DNA from: Fimbriosthenelais zetlandica
Lineage: Eukaryota
Length of the DNA stretch: 64,000 bases
NCBI GenBank assembly: GCA_977030845.1
Contig: OZ365112.1
Span: forward strand, 20,274,001-20,338,000
Direction: 5' to 3'
The notes under the pieces were generated by a model. The model did no database searches. It was not told where the DNA came from and worked only from the letters and a program-made list of their open reading frames with translations. How positions within the stretch are numbered: position 1 is the first letter of the stretch; each line of letters opens with the position of its first letter. The position numbers were made by a program, and so were the translations under genes. Of the stretch, positions 1-13,100 are shown in pieces.

Positions 1-282
1 AGGGGGTCAATGGTCAGCTGACTGGTGAGGCTTCAAACTTCCCGCCATAGTAAACCACATCACTGCTCTAAACAGTGGGAGAGTGCCTCTATAATTATGG
101 ATCAAAACATCCCACTATCAGTATTATTAATTGATTAAATCTAGATTGCCCGGAATTAAGACTTCTTTTCATATTTGCTCATTATATTATGCTGGTCGTG
201 GATCAATGATGAAGGGTGTATATAGCAGGGCTCCACTGCGCCACCTAGCCGCTCTACATGGTACTTCCTCTGTAAGACTCAA

Positions 283-480
283 GCTGCCTGAGTACAGTGC
301 TGCCTATAGTGGCAGCTCCATGAACTAGCCCACAGAGTGCGTGCTGCCTGACTACAGTGCTGCCTATAGTGGCAGCGCCATGAACTAACCCACAGAGTGC
401 GTGCTGCCTGACTACAGTGCTGCCTATAGTGGCAGCGCCATGAACTAACCCACAGAGTGCGTGCTGCCTGACTACAGTGC
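283..480. repeat. 60-bp tandem repeat, about 3.3 copies, each with an internal inverted repeat (GCTGCC-TATAGT-GGCAGC)
   Basis: Unit GCTGCCTGACTACAGTGCTGCCTATAGTGGCAGCGCCATGAACTAACCCACAGAGTGCGT recurs at 283, 343, 403 and partly at 463. It explains the repetitive minus-strand ORF 254-502. Confidence 0.95.
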
Positions 481-1176
481 TCAATTTGAGTATGATCCTC
501 ACGCGGGTAGTAGGAGGAGGGGTTAGTCTGTCATAGGGACGAGCGCTCGTCTAGTGGGAGGCAGAAGCTAGTAATGCCTCCTAGAGGGATGGGTTTCAGA
601 GATAGTCTTAAACAGCGTATTTCACTTTGAACCATAGATCAATAATACATGAATTAATTAGGATAAAAACATATTATCCTCACCTAGTTGTTGACCTATT
701 GTGAGGGGTCAGATTCACAGTGCACACACGACCAATCCACGGTCAGACTCACTGAGGGACTAGCCATGCATGGATCCCGGCTCTTTGCTATGAGGCTAGG
801 CTCACTCAGTAACGGAACATAGACAATAGCAGGTCCTCCCACCCACTTACGGGTGGTAAAGACTGGAAATCCTTAACTAAACTCTCTCAGGTGACACCCT
901 CTACACACAATGAGGAGGATTGCAAAATAACACTCGACAATACTGGAGTTTTTCACACTAAAGTAACAAAAAGGGAAACATGGGGGTCCTACCATGGACG
1001 TTGCTTTTAAACTCAGTTATCATATGCTTCAAGATCCAATTTGTCATAAGTAAGTATAGTGAAGATATCCATGACAATATCAGCAGGAATTTAACAAAAC
1101 TTGTAATGGCTAAGTACTGTTATTTATTTGTTCATATGGCATACAAATTCTGAATATTGTCTCTTTCGTGTTACAG

Positions 1177-4100
1177 GTACATGTATAAAGGGGGGCAATA
1201 TACATCAGGTAGGTTGCATATTGTTTTTTAAAACTGTTAATGTTCTGGAAATAACGTCTCAATTTTGTATTGTCCTGTTTATGATCTGCAGGATATGTCA
1301 ATATATAAAATAGTAATCTCTTCTAAACCCATGAACCCTTGGACGATGAGATAGCTCTCAAAGATTATACAGATGCCCCTTCTAGATATGGAGAGGAGGT
1401 CGGCTACGGTGTACAGTACGGTATACAAAAGTCACTATTCTTTGGTTACATGTTACATGTCGATGTGATACAAAACATGTAAATGTATACATGTAAAAAA
1501 GGGAAAGCCATTGCTATCACATCCCTATTATGCAAATGATCAGTGATCTGAAATATAATGTAAAGTTTTGCATAATGTATGAGGAGACTAGCTTTGTATC
1601 TCACTGTTTCAACTTGATCAAAGTTCGGACTATTAGTTTGGAATCAGTACAACCATAATATATTCTCACACTCAAGGTGATTTATCCGATACAAGCTTCC
1701 ATTGATAGCGATTTACCAGACTTTATGTCGAAGTGATAACCTGTTGGGAGAGTTCTAAAGTATATTCCATTAATCTAGCCCTATAACAGAGAATGATGAT
1801 TGAGCAATACTATGTTCTAAAGAGTGATAAATCGTGCTTGATGAAAGGAGAGCAAGTTCTTTATCAGGAAGCAGTAAAACTTGTACCAATAGTCCTCGAC
1901 TCCATCAACCAGGAATCCCATAGACTGTCATTATAAAGGAAACCACTGGATTGCCGTCATTGGCTCACCCATCCATTCGTTTAACTTTAAGAACTCAGTC
2001 CCATTTGAACACTCCATTCATTTAGGTACCGCACTGAAAATATGAATTCCCTGAAATGTTTTTATTAGCTTCGGAATTTATTTTTAACCCAACTAATTTG
2101 CCTTTTCAGTTTTCACAAAAGCTGGTGTTGTGAAATACGGTAGCAGACTCGACATTGGCAATAGACGTCACCCAAAACCTCTATAGGGGCTGGGGTTGAG
2201 AGAGATTTAAAGACATTCCCACAAGTATCACCATGGCGGGCAGGGCGGAAAGGGGCGGAGGCAAAATCCCCCATGACACTGACTCATTTTTCGAACGCTG
2301 AGAAAAGATTTTTCTTGACAACTGTTTAAAATAGGGGTACGATATTAGAGACAGTGTGAAATATTGGCATTGAGGTTGTGATGACATGAGGTGAAGAGAG
2401 ATGATGTTAGGTTCTCTTGGCGAAAAACCACTTTCTCCCTCCGGCCTTTTCATGGATCTTAAGAGACGCAGATGAGAGATATAATTGCGGATTATTGATT
2501 TCAATGTTGAATGACCTCATGTAATATGTATAGCCCTACGTTTATAGGAGATAATGGAGGTAGAAGTAGGTGTTACGTTTGCCCCCTGGCTGTATGGCCA
2601 TTTGTAATCATTTGTTAGATGAGTGTGTAAATCACACACTTACAGTATTTATCACATCCACACCTGATGTCTAATCTAAGATGAGTGCTCTTTATGGATG
2701 TTATGGTCATCACATCTTTATCAAATGACCCATGCAGCCACCTCAGCCTGTCCTTTGAAGCCCTCTCTATAGTATTACATAAGCCTCAGCCCTCACACTC
2801 AGAGATGCTAATACACAGATATGAGATAATCAATTATGATATAGACTTTTATTAGAAAGTTATAAGGTCAATCAATTTCCTGCCTGCTGCTCAATAGTAG
2901 ATTAGTGTTTGTAGAATGAAGTAAGCTTCCATTCACCCTGTGTTAGGCAGGACCACTGGATCCCATCACTCAGCGCTCCCCTAGTTCCCCGACTCCCTGC
3001 AACCTCTAAGAGAATAAAAACATTAAAAGGCTTCATTCTAGGAAGAAAACAGTGTGCATTTAGTAGGCAAATAACTTGCACGAAAAGTTGTCGGATGTAG
3101 CATTATTTTCATACAAATTTATTTTCATTTCATCCTCAGACAAAAATTATATTTACCAAGTGTACATTGGCTGTGGGAAGGAAGGGGCCTCTTTGAATTG
3201 ATCAAAGGAAATCAGTTGCCTTTGATGTCAGTTACTGTTAGGCTGACAGAAATCATCATGGTGGAATGGACTCTGTGTAACGAGTTTCCAAGGGTCCTGG
3301 GGCGGGATGTAAAAATAATGGAAACAGAAAAATTAAATATGAAAAGAAATAAAACATTGAGGATAAAAGATTGAAATCTTGAGCGTTAAAGGTTTTGTCG
3401 GGAGAACATGTAACGTTATATTTATAAAAATTCATTAATTTATTTATTTTTTCAGAATGGGAGTGTGTGGATGGAAGATAGGTGTAGAGAATGTCGATGT
3501 GAGAGCCCACTGGTGGTCTGTGAACCCACTGTATGCCTCCATACTGGCTGCCACACTGATCAGGTATATCAAACTTCATTTTTACTATGCTAAAATTCCG
3601 CAATGTATAGCTTCCACCTGACTGAGGCTTGCTATGATATTCTGACTTTGTATAATGTTGATTATCTTATCCCAAACCTGTGGAGGCCTACATTTATAAT
3701 ATGTTTCCAAAGCCTTTTCTTGAGTAGACCTGGATGTAAAATATCTGATAAGGTTAGAGTTGAGGCACCTCTCCGTGTACCCTCTTATCTACCTCGTCCC
3801 TCTCGTCTAGGAATGTGATCGTCTGTAAAATCACAGACATGTTTTTCATTCAACCATTAGGCAGGTCACAACCCAACTAGTTCTTCTTGCTCAGGACTTT
3901 TTAACTTTTTTATCAGACTATGCTGAGCTATTTTTTAGTTAAGCAAATTCAAATTCAAGCATCAGATTTATCTACTGCAGTGCAATCCCTGAACAAGAAA
4001 AATTAAGTAGTATTGATCCCTCCATTTATTAAAACGTATAATGAAGACAGGGGCTAGTCTATGAGGCCACCTCCCCCGCACCATGCAGGCTGGTCCACAC

Positions 4101-7100
4101 CTACTCCACGACCCACCACAGGAGTGACATAAAAATGTCATGCCATTCACGACAAACCGACCGTTGATGTGTTTATGTTCTTAGTAATTGGCTAGATGTT
4201 AAGAGAATAGCCTCACAATGTTAATGTGAACCTCAATGATTCAGTTGGCAGAATTTGCCCTTTGGACAATTGCCCTTACCACAAAAGGAAAAAATGAAGT
4301 TCAATTATTGACAAACCTTTTTTAATTTTATTACCGACTACATTTTCAGAATGAGGTATGGGTCTCAGGAAGGACCTGCTGTCCTACATGTTCCACCAGA
4401 AAACGTCCTTGCCTCCAAGGAAACGAAACCCACATGGTATGATGGAACTTCACCGAGGCATTCATTAAATGCAATCCTGCCCATTGTCCTGCTTAAGTGA
4501 GTAAAGTGTAATTATATAACAATTTCTTTTTATTATATCCCTGTCAGGACCTTTCAACGTGGAAGCAAGGGCCATGTACTTCCTGCTCCTGTAGCGATGG
4601 TCACATGACATGTAGTGATGTGAAGTGTGCTGATGACCTGTGTAAGCCAGGACAGGTTCCGGAAATAACACAGGAGCAATGCTGTCCTCAGTGTCAATCT
4701 GTGAAACGTATGTAGGCCTATTTCTCTTTTCATCTAAAGTCCCTCCATCCCTCTGACCACCACCTCTCTCTCACTAAACATGAAATAAACACCAAATAGT
4801 TATCGCTATCGTTTCTACTAAAATTGAAAACAAAGCTGTGCAGCTCCCAATGCTTGAGATAAAACAATGCAATCAGAACCTTTTTTCTTATCTGTCTAAC
4901 CTTTTACCGGATTGTTTTCCTCTTTTTTTAAATCCAGGTGGATGTAATTTCGATGGACTAGAATACGCCGACGGGATTAAGTGGCAGCCATTTGCTTGTG
5001 TCCTCTGCACTTGCTCGAATGGAATTGTAACCTGTTTCACTAAAAGATGTCCAGTCTCGACCTGTCCTGTTGTAAGTAATACATTTTAGTATCATTTTCT
5101 ATCATTACCGTATCAGGTTGATTACTGTTCATCCTTTATGCCATAAAAGATGGGAACTGGGATAGGGTATGAACGTCCATAATGCTTTGTGAACATATGG
5201 TAAAGAAATCATGAACCAAACCCTTGTTCTTTCTTTCTAAGATATTTTTTGTCACAGATTCAATCACTGGATCGTGACAATTTGACCTTATGAATGAAAG
5301 ATGTATGTAGGTAATGGTAATCCCAGATAGCAAGGCTGAGTGCACCTAACTCTTTTTTTAATTTGGATTTGTGCATCGAGTTTTCTCGTACTTTATGTTC
5401 TCTAAATTCTCAAGTCCAGACAATATCACGATGCAGTGTATATGTATACTTCCATTATGATATCAGATCCTATGCAAGTGAGCATGGAAAGTTTATCAGT
5501 ATCCACCATTCTGCCTCTGCGTTCTCTTATCACCCTGATAAGCTTTTTAACCGTGGGGGAGATAAAAATAAAACTCTTTATCAATGCCAAACTAGAGGTG
5601 CTCGTTATAGGCAATCATAGAGGATCCGACTCACCAGTCTAAACCGAGAGGAATGCCTTATCTCATCCAGACTGAAAAACAATGATCAGGACTAAAACAT
5701 ACCGGTACCGGTACTACAAAAAGCAGACTTTTCATATAAAAGTTATACAATATGAAAAGATAGGAAGATTATAACACATTCACATTCAAAGCGGGCAAAG
5801 TCTATAGATTTAATTTTCCGCCTGTTTGAGTACAATGCACCTAGTTTTGCGTATATAACACTTGTGTTGACATAAGATGTGAAGGTCCGATGACCTGGTG
5901 GGGGTAAGGTCAGAGTCAGGACTTGAAGGTCATTCGTGTCAAATACCATGGCTTTCTCCCGGCTGCCCTTTAATGTGATTCACTGATAGAGCATACGCTG
6001 TCCTAGGCCAAGATCTGTAATATGTTTGTTCTTGCTTACTTGGCAGAAAAATGAGAAAATCTAAGGCCCTTCATGGTTCCATTCATTTAATGCTGCCTTG
6101 AAATGTTCCAACAGACTATCTAAATGTGAAATGGTGGTACAGATTCGATGAGGTCAAAAAGAAAAGAAATTCTACCCCTTTACATACATATAGGGTGTTG
6201 TTACCGGAAACAAGTTTTTATGTTTTGTGAGACCTAAGAAAGACGATATGGCAGCAGCCATCGTGCGGGCTTCAGACATTAAAGGCAGAAACAAAAGGTT
6301 TATTGTTATCAACTATACCAGCACTGGGCGGATTCCCTTACTTTTGATCCAGCCAACACAAAACTAGAACCAGATGTAAAATTGTCTGTATTTTGGCAAG
6401 TTTTTATATCGATATAAATTAATTTTAGCGAGTTAAGATTATATACATGTTTAGTCCATGAATGAAGCAAAAGAACTACTGTAGCAGTAGCAGTAAGTAG
6501 GATGTCAGTGGATTTTGATACTGGTTAACTATAAGGTTATCAGCGTTGACCTGAGGCGGGTGATAAAATGTCTCTGCTCATCAGCCCATGTCTGTTTATA
6601 TTACACGGACTATGCTTCCCAATTTGTTCACTTATCACGCCTCACGTTGGTCTCAAAGCATTAGATGTCTCTATTTGTTGGAGAGTTTTTGCAAAAATCT
6701 TATCCTTCATTGTTTCTTTTTCAAATGTAACGCATTTTTTCTGGTCATTAAGAGCAAACAAGAGCTTAGCATCTAAGTTCTAGAACTAATGATGTGATAA
6801 ATGCAACAGTTTCTTCATGTTTGTCGCATATAATACATACATATACATGTTTACATATACATATATCTTTAATTTCACTTGCCTCTTCAGTCTACAAAGT
6901 AGTTTGTTATTTCTGTAATATCATGTTGCAAACTTAGTCACTGTACCCTTATCTAGACCTGCAGGCATGTCCTGCTTGACTTATAGTAGCCACCCACTTA
7001 CCCTGAGACACAGCTAGTCTGATTGGTGTTAATGTTTCCTGGACCCCTTGAGCAGTACTTAGCTCAAGTGGAAACCACATAGTCAGTACTTAGACAAGAA

Positions 7101-10100
7101 AAGTGGTATTCTCTTATTTACACAAAAAACTGAAAACATATTAATTTCAGGGCAAATATCTGTGCATGTATTATGCATATAGACATATATTATAAAGGAT
7201 TTGTTTTGTATGTTATTGACAAGCTAGGGCCGGTCAGGGCCAACTGCGATCAAGCCTTTTACATAGTGTAAACAGGCTCCGTGTTGACAAATGACAAATA
7301 TACAAGACAGTCGACAGACAATGGTGTATAATATGTAGTACTAATGGCCTTCCTTACACTTCCTCACATTGTGGGAATAATAGCCCCTGTTGATCCATTC
7401 CTTTCTCTCCTATATATCCTGCTTATAATAGGCTTGCTTTGTACAACAGGTCTTGTTCATAATGCGTGGTGTTGAATTCATTCTCCAGGATATGGACTGA
7501 GCATTGTCTTATACATCATATTCACTGAAGCTTCTGCTTAAATTTTGTGTTCCTGATATTAACTGTTAAATTTTACTATGCTTCCACTTGAAAAGTCGAA
7601 TGAATGTTTTCTAACATCTCATAAAGACAAAGCAGGCAGTTGTAATAGTCTTTGCCTCAGGGCTTAATCGATAGACAGAGAGCATGAATGTCTGTTCAGA
7701 GTTAGAATTTCACTTTCTTGAACTTAGAGGTCATTACTCAGACCAAACACTTAACTCACATTATTCAGCGAGTATTATTAAAACAAATAGATCTCTGCGA
7801 AACAATAATTGAGCGTATTGATTGAACAGATATAGATATATACATTGAGGGGTATGAGGGCCAAATATTGTAATAAAACATGGAACTGTGACAGCCTCAG
7901 TGCAAGATCTACAAATTCCAGATAAACTTCAGTCCCTCGATCTCCTTCTGTAAGGTTTCAGACTATGGCCTTTATTTTTTATACACCATGTTATTGCATA
8001 AAAGATTTCAGAGGTGCCTTCTCACCCATGAAAAGTTTTTCAGCAGAGCAAATTTACGGGTGAATTTTGAACTCTCAGTGTCATTTGAGCAAAGTATATC
8101 TGCTCAATGATGGGATACCCTTTGAAATGCAGAAAAATTTATCCGTGCCAAATGTATACATTTAGAGTATGTGTCTCAGCAGGGTCGTGACAAGGTAACT
8201 AATCATAGTCAAACAAGCCTGTAATCAGCCCTCGGCATTCCCTCCCTTATCTCACCACCGATTACACCTTACTCATCCTCCTCTTTATACCACATCTTGA
8301 TTGGAGCATAGTCCTTTAGATCAAGTTTCACATTAATTTCATTTCTGGACATCATCTGGGGTTTCTCTTTCTCTTCTGCCTATAGAAGTTCTCCTCGGTT
8401 TAATTGTGGGCTGCCGCGAGGGGAGGATTTTTTATTGCGAGTCTCTGGGTGTTCAAGCAGAGCTTGATGAATAGGTTGATACTCTTGCTGATGTGATTTC
8501 AAATGGAAGAAAAGGGTTTTCTTTCTTTTAACCCTTTATTATGTTTCGACTATTTGCCATGGCCAGCATTCCCAGGTCTCATTTGGCTAAACTTGAATGT
8601 TTAGATTGGGATTTGTTTAAAAGTAACTGAATTTAAAAATAAATTGGGATGGTGTATAACATTATAGTTACTATTGTAGTATACACACATGTACTATTAT
8701 GGGAAATTGTCTGATGGTGTAAAACTATTTCGAGACAGATCCGTTTCTGTATTATTTTTTCAATTGCTGCAATTGTTACATTTTCAGTAAACTATTGTTT
8801 GCATACGGTACCCCTTTCTTTAATGCCATATTATTCTCAATAGAAACAACTTGACAAAACCATACAAACACGAGTGAGATAAAAATGTGATAGATTTTTT
8901 TTGCCCAGACAGAAGCCCCCTTTCTTCCGGATCTAGCGTCCCAAACACACGCCCCAGACATCAGGGACTTATCATTATCTATGGGCGGGGGCTGAGGTAA
9001 TCCGAATATAATCCGGCTGACTATTCCTGTCTGCGATTTAGTTGCGATTTGAATGTGATAAATCCTTTTAAGATCGAAAGCCCATAGTGTCTAGTTTCTA
9101 AATAAAATGATGAGCTAACAGAATATGAAATCATACGTCCCAAGGTAATTTAAGTCTTCAGTTATATTCAGCTGAAATATCTCTAGAAGCAGCTGTACGG
9201 TTTAACTGTTATACATTACACTAAAAACAACCATGTTGATCATTCTCCGGGATCTAGGACCGTGCCAACAGGCAGCTTCTATGGCTGTAGTTTATCACTA
9301 TAAATCAAGCGGTGAGATTTTACCATCAGATGTAGAGAGAAGTGTAAACAAAGCAGATAGAAAACTCCCTCCAAATTACTGCTCCAGTCAAGTGAGGCTT
9401 GCCACCTCTGGTACAATGGCATGCCCAACAACAGCATTGCTGTCCCTCAGATTTGTTCAGGATCTCTTATTCGTCACGACAGATCGACAGATTTCTTATC
9501 GGTGTATGTCCATGCTCAATATTAACTATTTTCACTTTTTACATTTAACTTAATTTTCTAATTGACAAAAATGAAAGGGTTTACTTCGAATTACTAAGGC
9601 GCTCCATACATATCTGTCCTGATACCCAAACCCTTCCTCTCACAGGAGGTTCCCGACAGTGATACATTAAACAAAAGTTTCAATGTGTTTGATTCCAGGA
9701 AGCATTGATCAAAACCTGTAAATCGCATTTTATACCCGTTACATGTTAGTACCTCACACTATTAACGTCAGGCGTACACGTAACACCTGGTGTAAACTGT
9801 AGCCATATAGCTGACAATGGGTGGCGATAGATCCCAGCCCTCATTCCATGGATAAACTACATTATCCAACTCATTTTAAAAGATATGAGGTTTCTAAATC
9901 TTCTAATTTAGCTGAACCATATACAAAATATCAAGAAATTATATCATTTTTCTTCAGGGTAATCGTCTATTGACCCTCCCTGGAGACTGTTGTCCCCAAT
10001 GCCTGGCTCCTCCATGTGAAGATTTCGGTATATTGCACCAGGTTGGCACTGATTCATTATACAAAATATTCTTAATGGAACTTTCATGCAAAAAATAATT

Positions 10101-13100
10101 TAATTTCAAAATTAAATGTTAACAAAAATGAAAGATGGTTCAATAATATATTAATTATTTGTAGCTTGGAAGTGAGTGGATGCGGGATCGATGTACTTGG
10201 TGTAAATGTGAGGCTGAAGGAGTGATATGCTACCGTCAAAACTGTGCCCCCTGCCCACAGGTAGGTCATCTATAACTAAGTCGCCCAAAAAATATGTCTA
10301 TTTAAACAAGGAAGAATTTATCACTTTAACTTTATTTTCTCTTAATTTTTATCAGAGGTCGTCCACAAGTTATTCCTCAGTAGTGTGATTGTTTCCAAAA
10401 AAGAATGATCATTCTGATAAACTGTGAATAAAAGCCTAACAATATTGGGCCATACATCAGGTTTATCTTTGACTGGAACTTCCCAGACTCGTGGCAAATA
10501 TATCAGTGGACACTTCCAAAACATAAGGCTGTTGTTGTGTTATGTGAAGCTGATATCCTTCCCCCATTTTACTTTTTAGGATAAGAATACACTGTGGAAG
10601 AGGGATCGGTGTTGTCCATTGTGTGTGGCCAAGGGAAGTGAGTAAAAATTGGTTGAGATTGTGGTTCATTACACAAAGCTAATAATTCTTCTGTACCTTG
10701 TGGATTTATGTTCTTAGAGTGTGATTTAGCGACATTTATGTTTCAGGAAGTTGTGTATCAAAAGCTTCAACATATCACCACACTGAAACATGGCATATCT
10801 CTCAATGTGAATTATGTGTATGCAACAATGGTAATGTGCTTTGTTCTAAAACGGAATGTTCGCGTCTGATCTGTTCAGAAGTAAGTGTAAAGAAATCATA
10901 AGCTTCTCCCATATGTCTTCTCCTCATGGTCACTTTTCAAATCACTTTCTTCCGTTTGTATTAGAGGGAGGATTTATGTTTGAAATAAAGTGCATTTTAT
11001 TGTTTTTTAGAATGAGATACTTCACAGAGATGATGGGAATTGTTGTCCAACGTGTGTTCCTCGTGATGTATGTGATGACAATGGAGCAACACGTGAGGTA
11101 CATGTTATTATGTCACTTCAACTTCAAACTCCCTTAATGATTAAATCACCAGATTTTCTATGCGACCCTTGTCCTGCGCCATGGGCAGGCATCATTGCAA
11201 AGTATTTTATGTGTTATGCCATATGTTATGAGATGGTGGGAGGGGGCCAGTCAATCAAAGCTTGGAAAGGATTATGATGTGTTTGTGCGGATTATAGGCC
11301 TTCTTATAGAAATCATTGTTTGTCATGATGTTCTGTTTGTCTTTACCAGCATGGAGATAGCTGGCAGCCTAGTGAGTGTGAATGGTGTTTGTGTAGAGGA
11401 GGGGTCATACAATGCTATGAGCTCACCTGTTCTAACTGCCCATCAGGTCTACTCAGGCGTTCAGTCCTTGGGCAATGCTGTGGTCAGTGTGTACCAAGTA
11501 AGTTTATCTTTACACCTGGTACATCTGATATATATATCCTGTCCCATTTAATAATGTTATAAGTTAATTGGTTTCCTTCAGTTCTTGTTACGTTTCAGAG
11601 CTCTGATGTTCCATTGTCACACATATATCAATAATTATTTCAGATTCGTGTTCCCCTGAATGCTCTGAGTGCCTCCATGGTGATCCCAGCATCTGTACCA
11701 CGTGTCGTGACCCGAGGCTCTATCTACAAGAAGGTCGATGCCTCCAACAATGTGGATCAGCCTTCTACCTAAGTCCAAACAGAAGCTGTGCTGGTAATTA
11801 TGGTTTACTATCAAATATCTAGGTTCCGGTTTATAAGTGAAGGCTATTCCAATGTTGTGTAATTATAAAAATTTATTCATTGCCATGTTTCAGCCTGCCA
11901 TTCAGAATGCTTGACCTGCAGTGGACCAACTAATTTTCACTGTTTGACGTGTCCTGCTGGTACTGTCTGGGAAGATGGCGCATGTCTCAAAAACTGCTCT
12001 GCATCCCACCTCTTACACAAAGACATCTGTCAAGGTCTGGATGAGTTTAATTCTTTTTGTAAAAAAAACTATTTGAAGAGCAAAATATGGATGTATAAAT
12101 AGGACACAGCTGCAAGATGCTTGGGCTGAAGTTCTGAGGTTTAATTAATGTATATATATTAAAGGTTGGTTTCTTTACAGGATGTCCTCCAGGCTGTCTC
12201 CGTTGTAACAGTACTGAAGTCTGTGATGTGTGTACAGACTCTCATGTCGTGCACAATGGACACTGCAGACCTCGATGTCCAAGGAGAGGACTCTGGCTAC
12301 TCAAATCACAAACATGTAAAGGTAAATAACAATGGTTTATTTGCAGATTTGAAATATACAAGGCCACGAATATAAAATATGTATGACCTTATTGGTATAT
12401 ATCTTCTAGAGAACCGTCAGGGCCCGGTACTTAAAGTGCATGGTCAAGTATCAGGGCAGGCAGAGGAAGATTATATAGTACTGACCACGGATACCGTGAA
12501 TGTGGTAGATAGTGACAGTCCACTTGGCAGTCTAAGTCTAAGACTGACCAGACCTCCATTCAATGGTCAGTTAGTCTATGTCAAGAATGGACAGAGTACG
12601 GTCATCCACCGCGGTGCCAGGTTTGACTACCAGTATCTTCAAGCAGGACGGCTTTTATTCCAACACGACAAGAATAAACCTCTCAAAGGTAAACCATCCG
12701 CTAATTGTTTTAAATTTGGAAATGCTTATACAATTTACAAAGCAAGCATAAGAAGATATACCTTTCACAATTTGAAAACCCTTCCGGTATTTTTCAGGGT
12801 TCTTTTCACTACTGGCTGAGGATGGCCTCCACAGGAGCCAGGCCATGACTATTACAATCCAACTAATGACTCACCAGCCACCTGTGGTCAGAAAGAAAGA
12901 GACAATGATACTAAGAAGTGGTGAGAAATCAGCTTTATCAGCCAGAGAACACCTACAAGTAGAGGACCAGGATAGTCCTGGAGCTGTCACTTTCTCTCTC
13001 ATACAAGGTGGGTGCTCTGCTATATCGTTTTTGTGTCATTATAATGTCTCTGTCTGTTGATGTTTCTATGAGTTGCTCTGTTGTTTCAGGCCCGTATCAT

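Noticed and set aside
766-808. ATG-started phase-1 segment (MHGSRLFAMRLGSL) as the FRAS1 signal-peptide exon
   Set aside because: No hydrophobic core, a weak donor, and it lies in a hairpin-rich repeat-like block. Exon 1 is probably upstream of the window.
5072-9957. 4.9-kb FRAS1 intron as host of a nested gene or intact transposon, including ORF 9233-9553
   Set aside because: No recognisable domain, spliceable exon chain, terminal repeats or target-site duplication found by eye.
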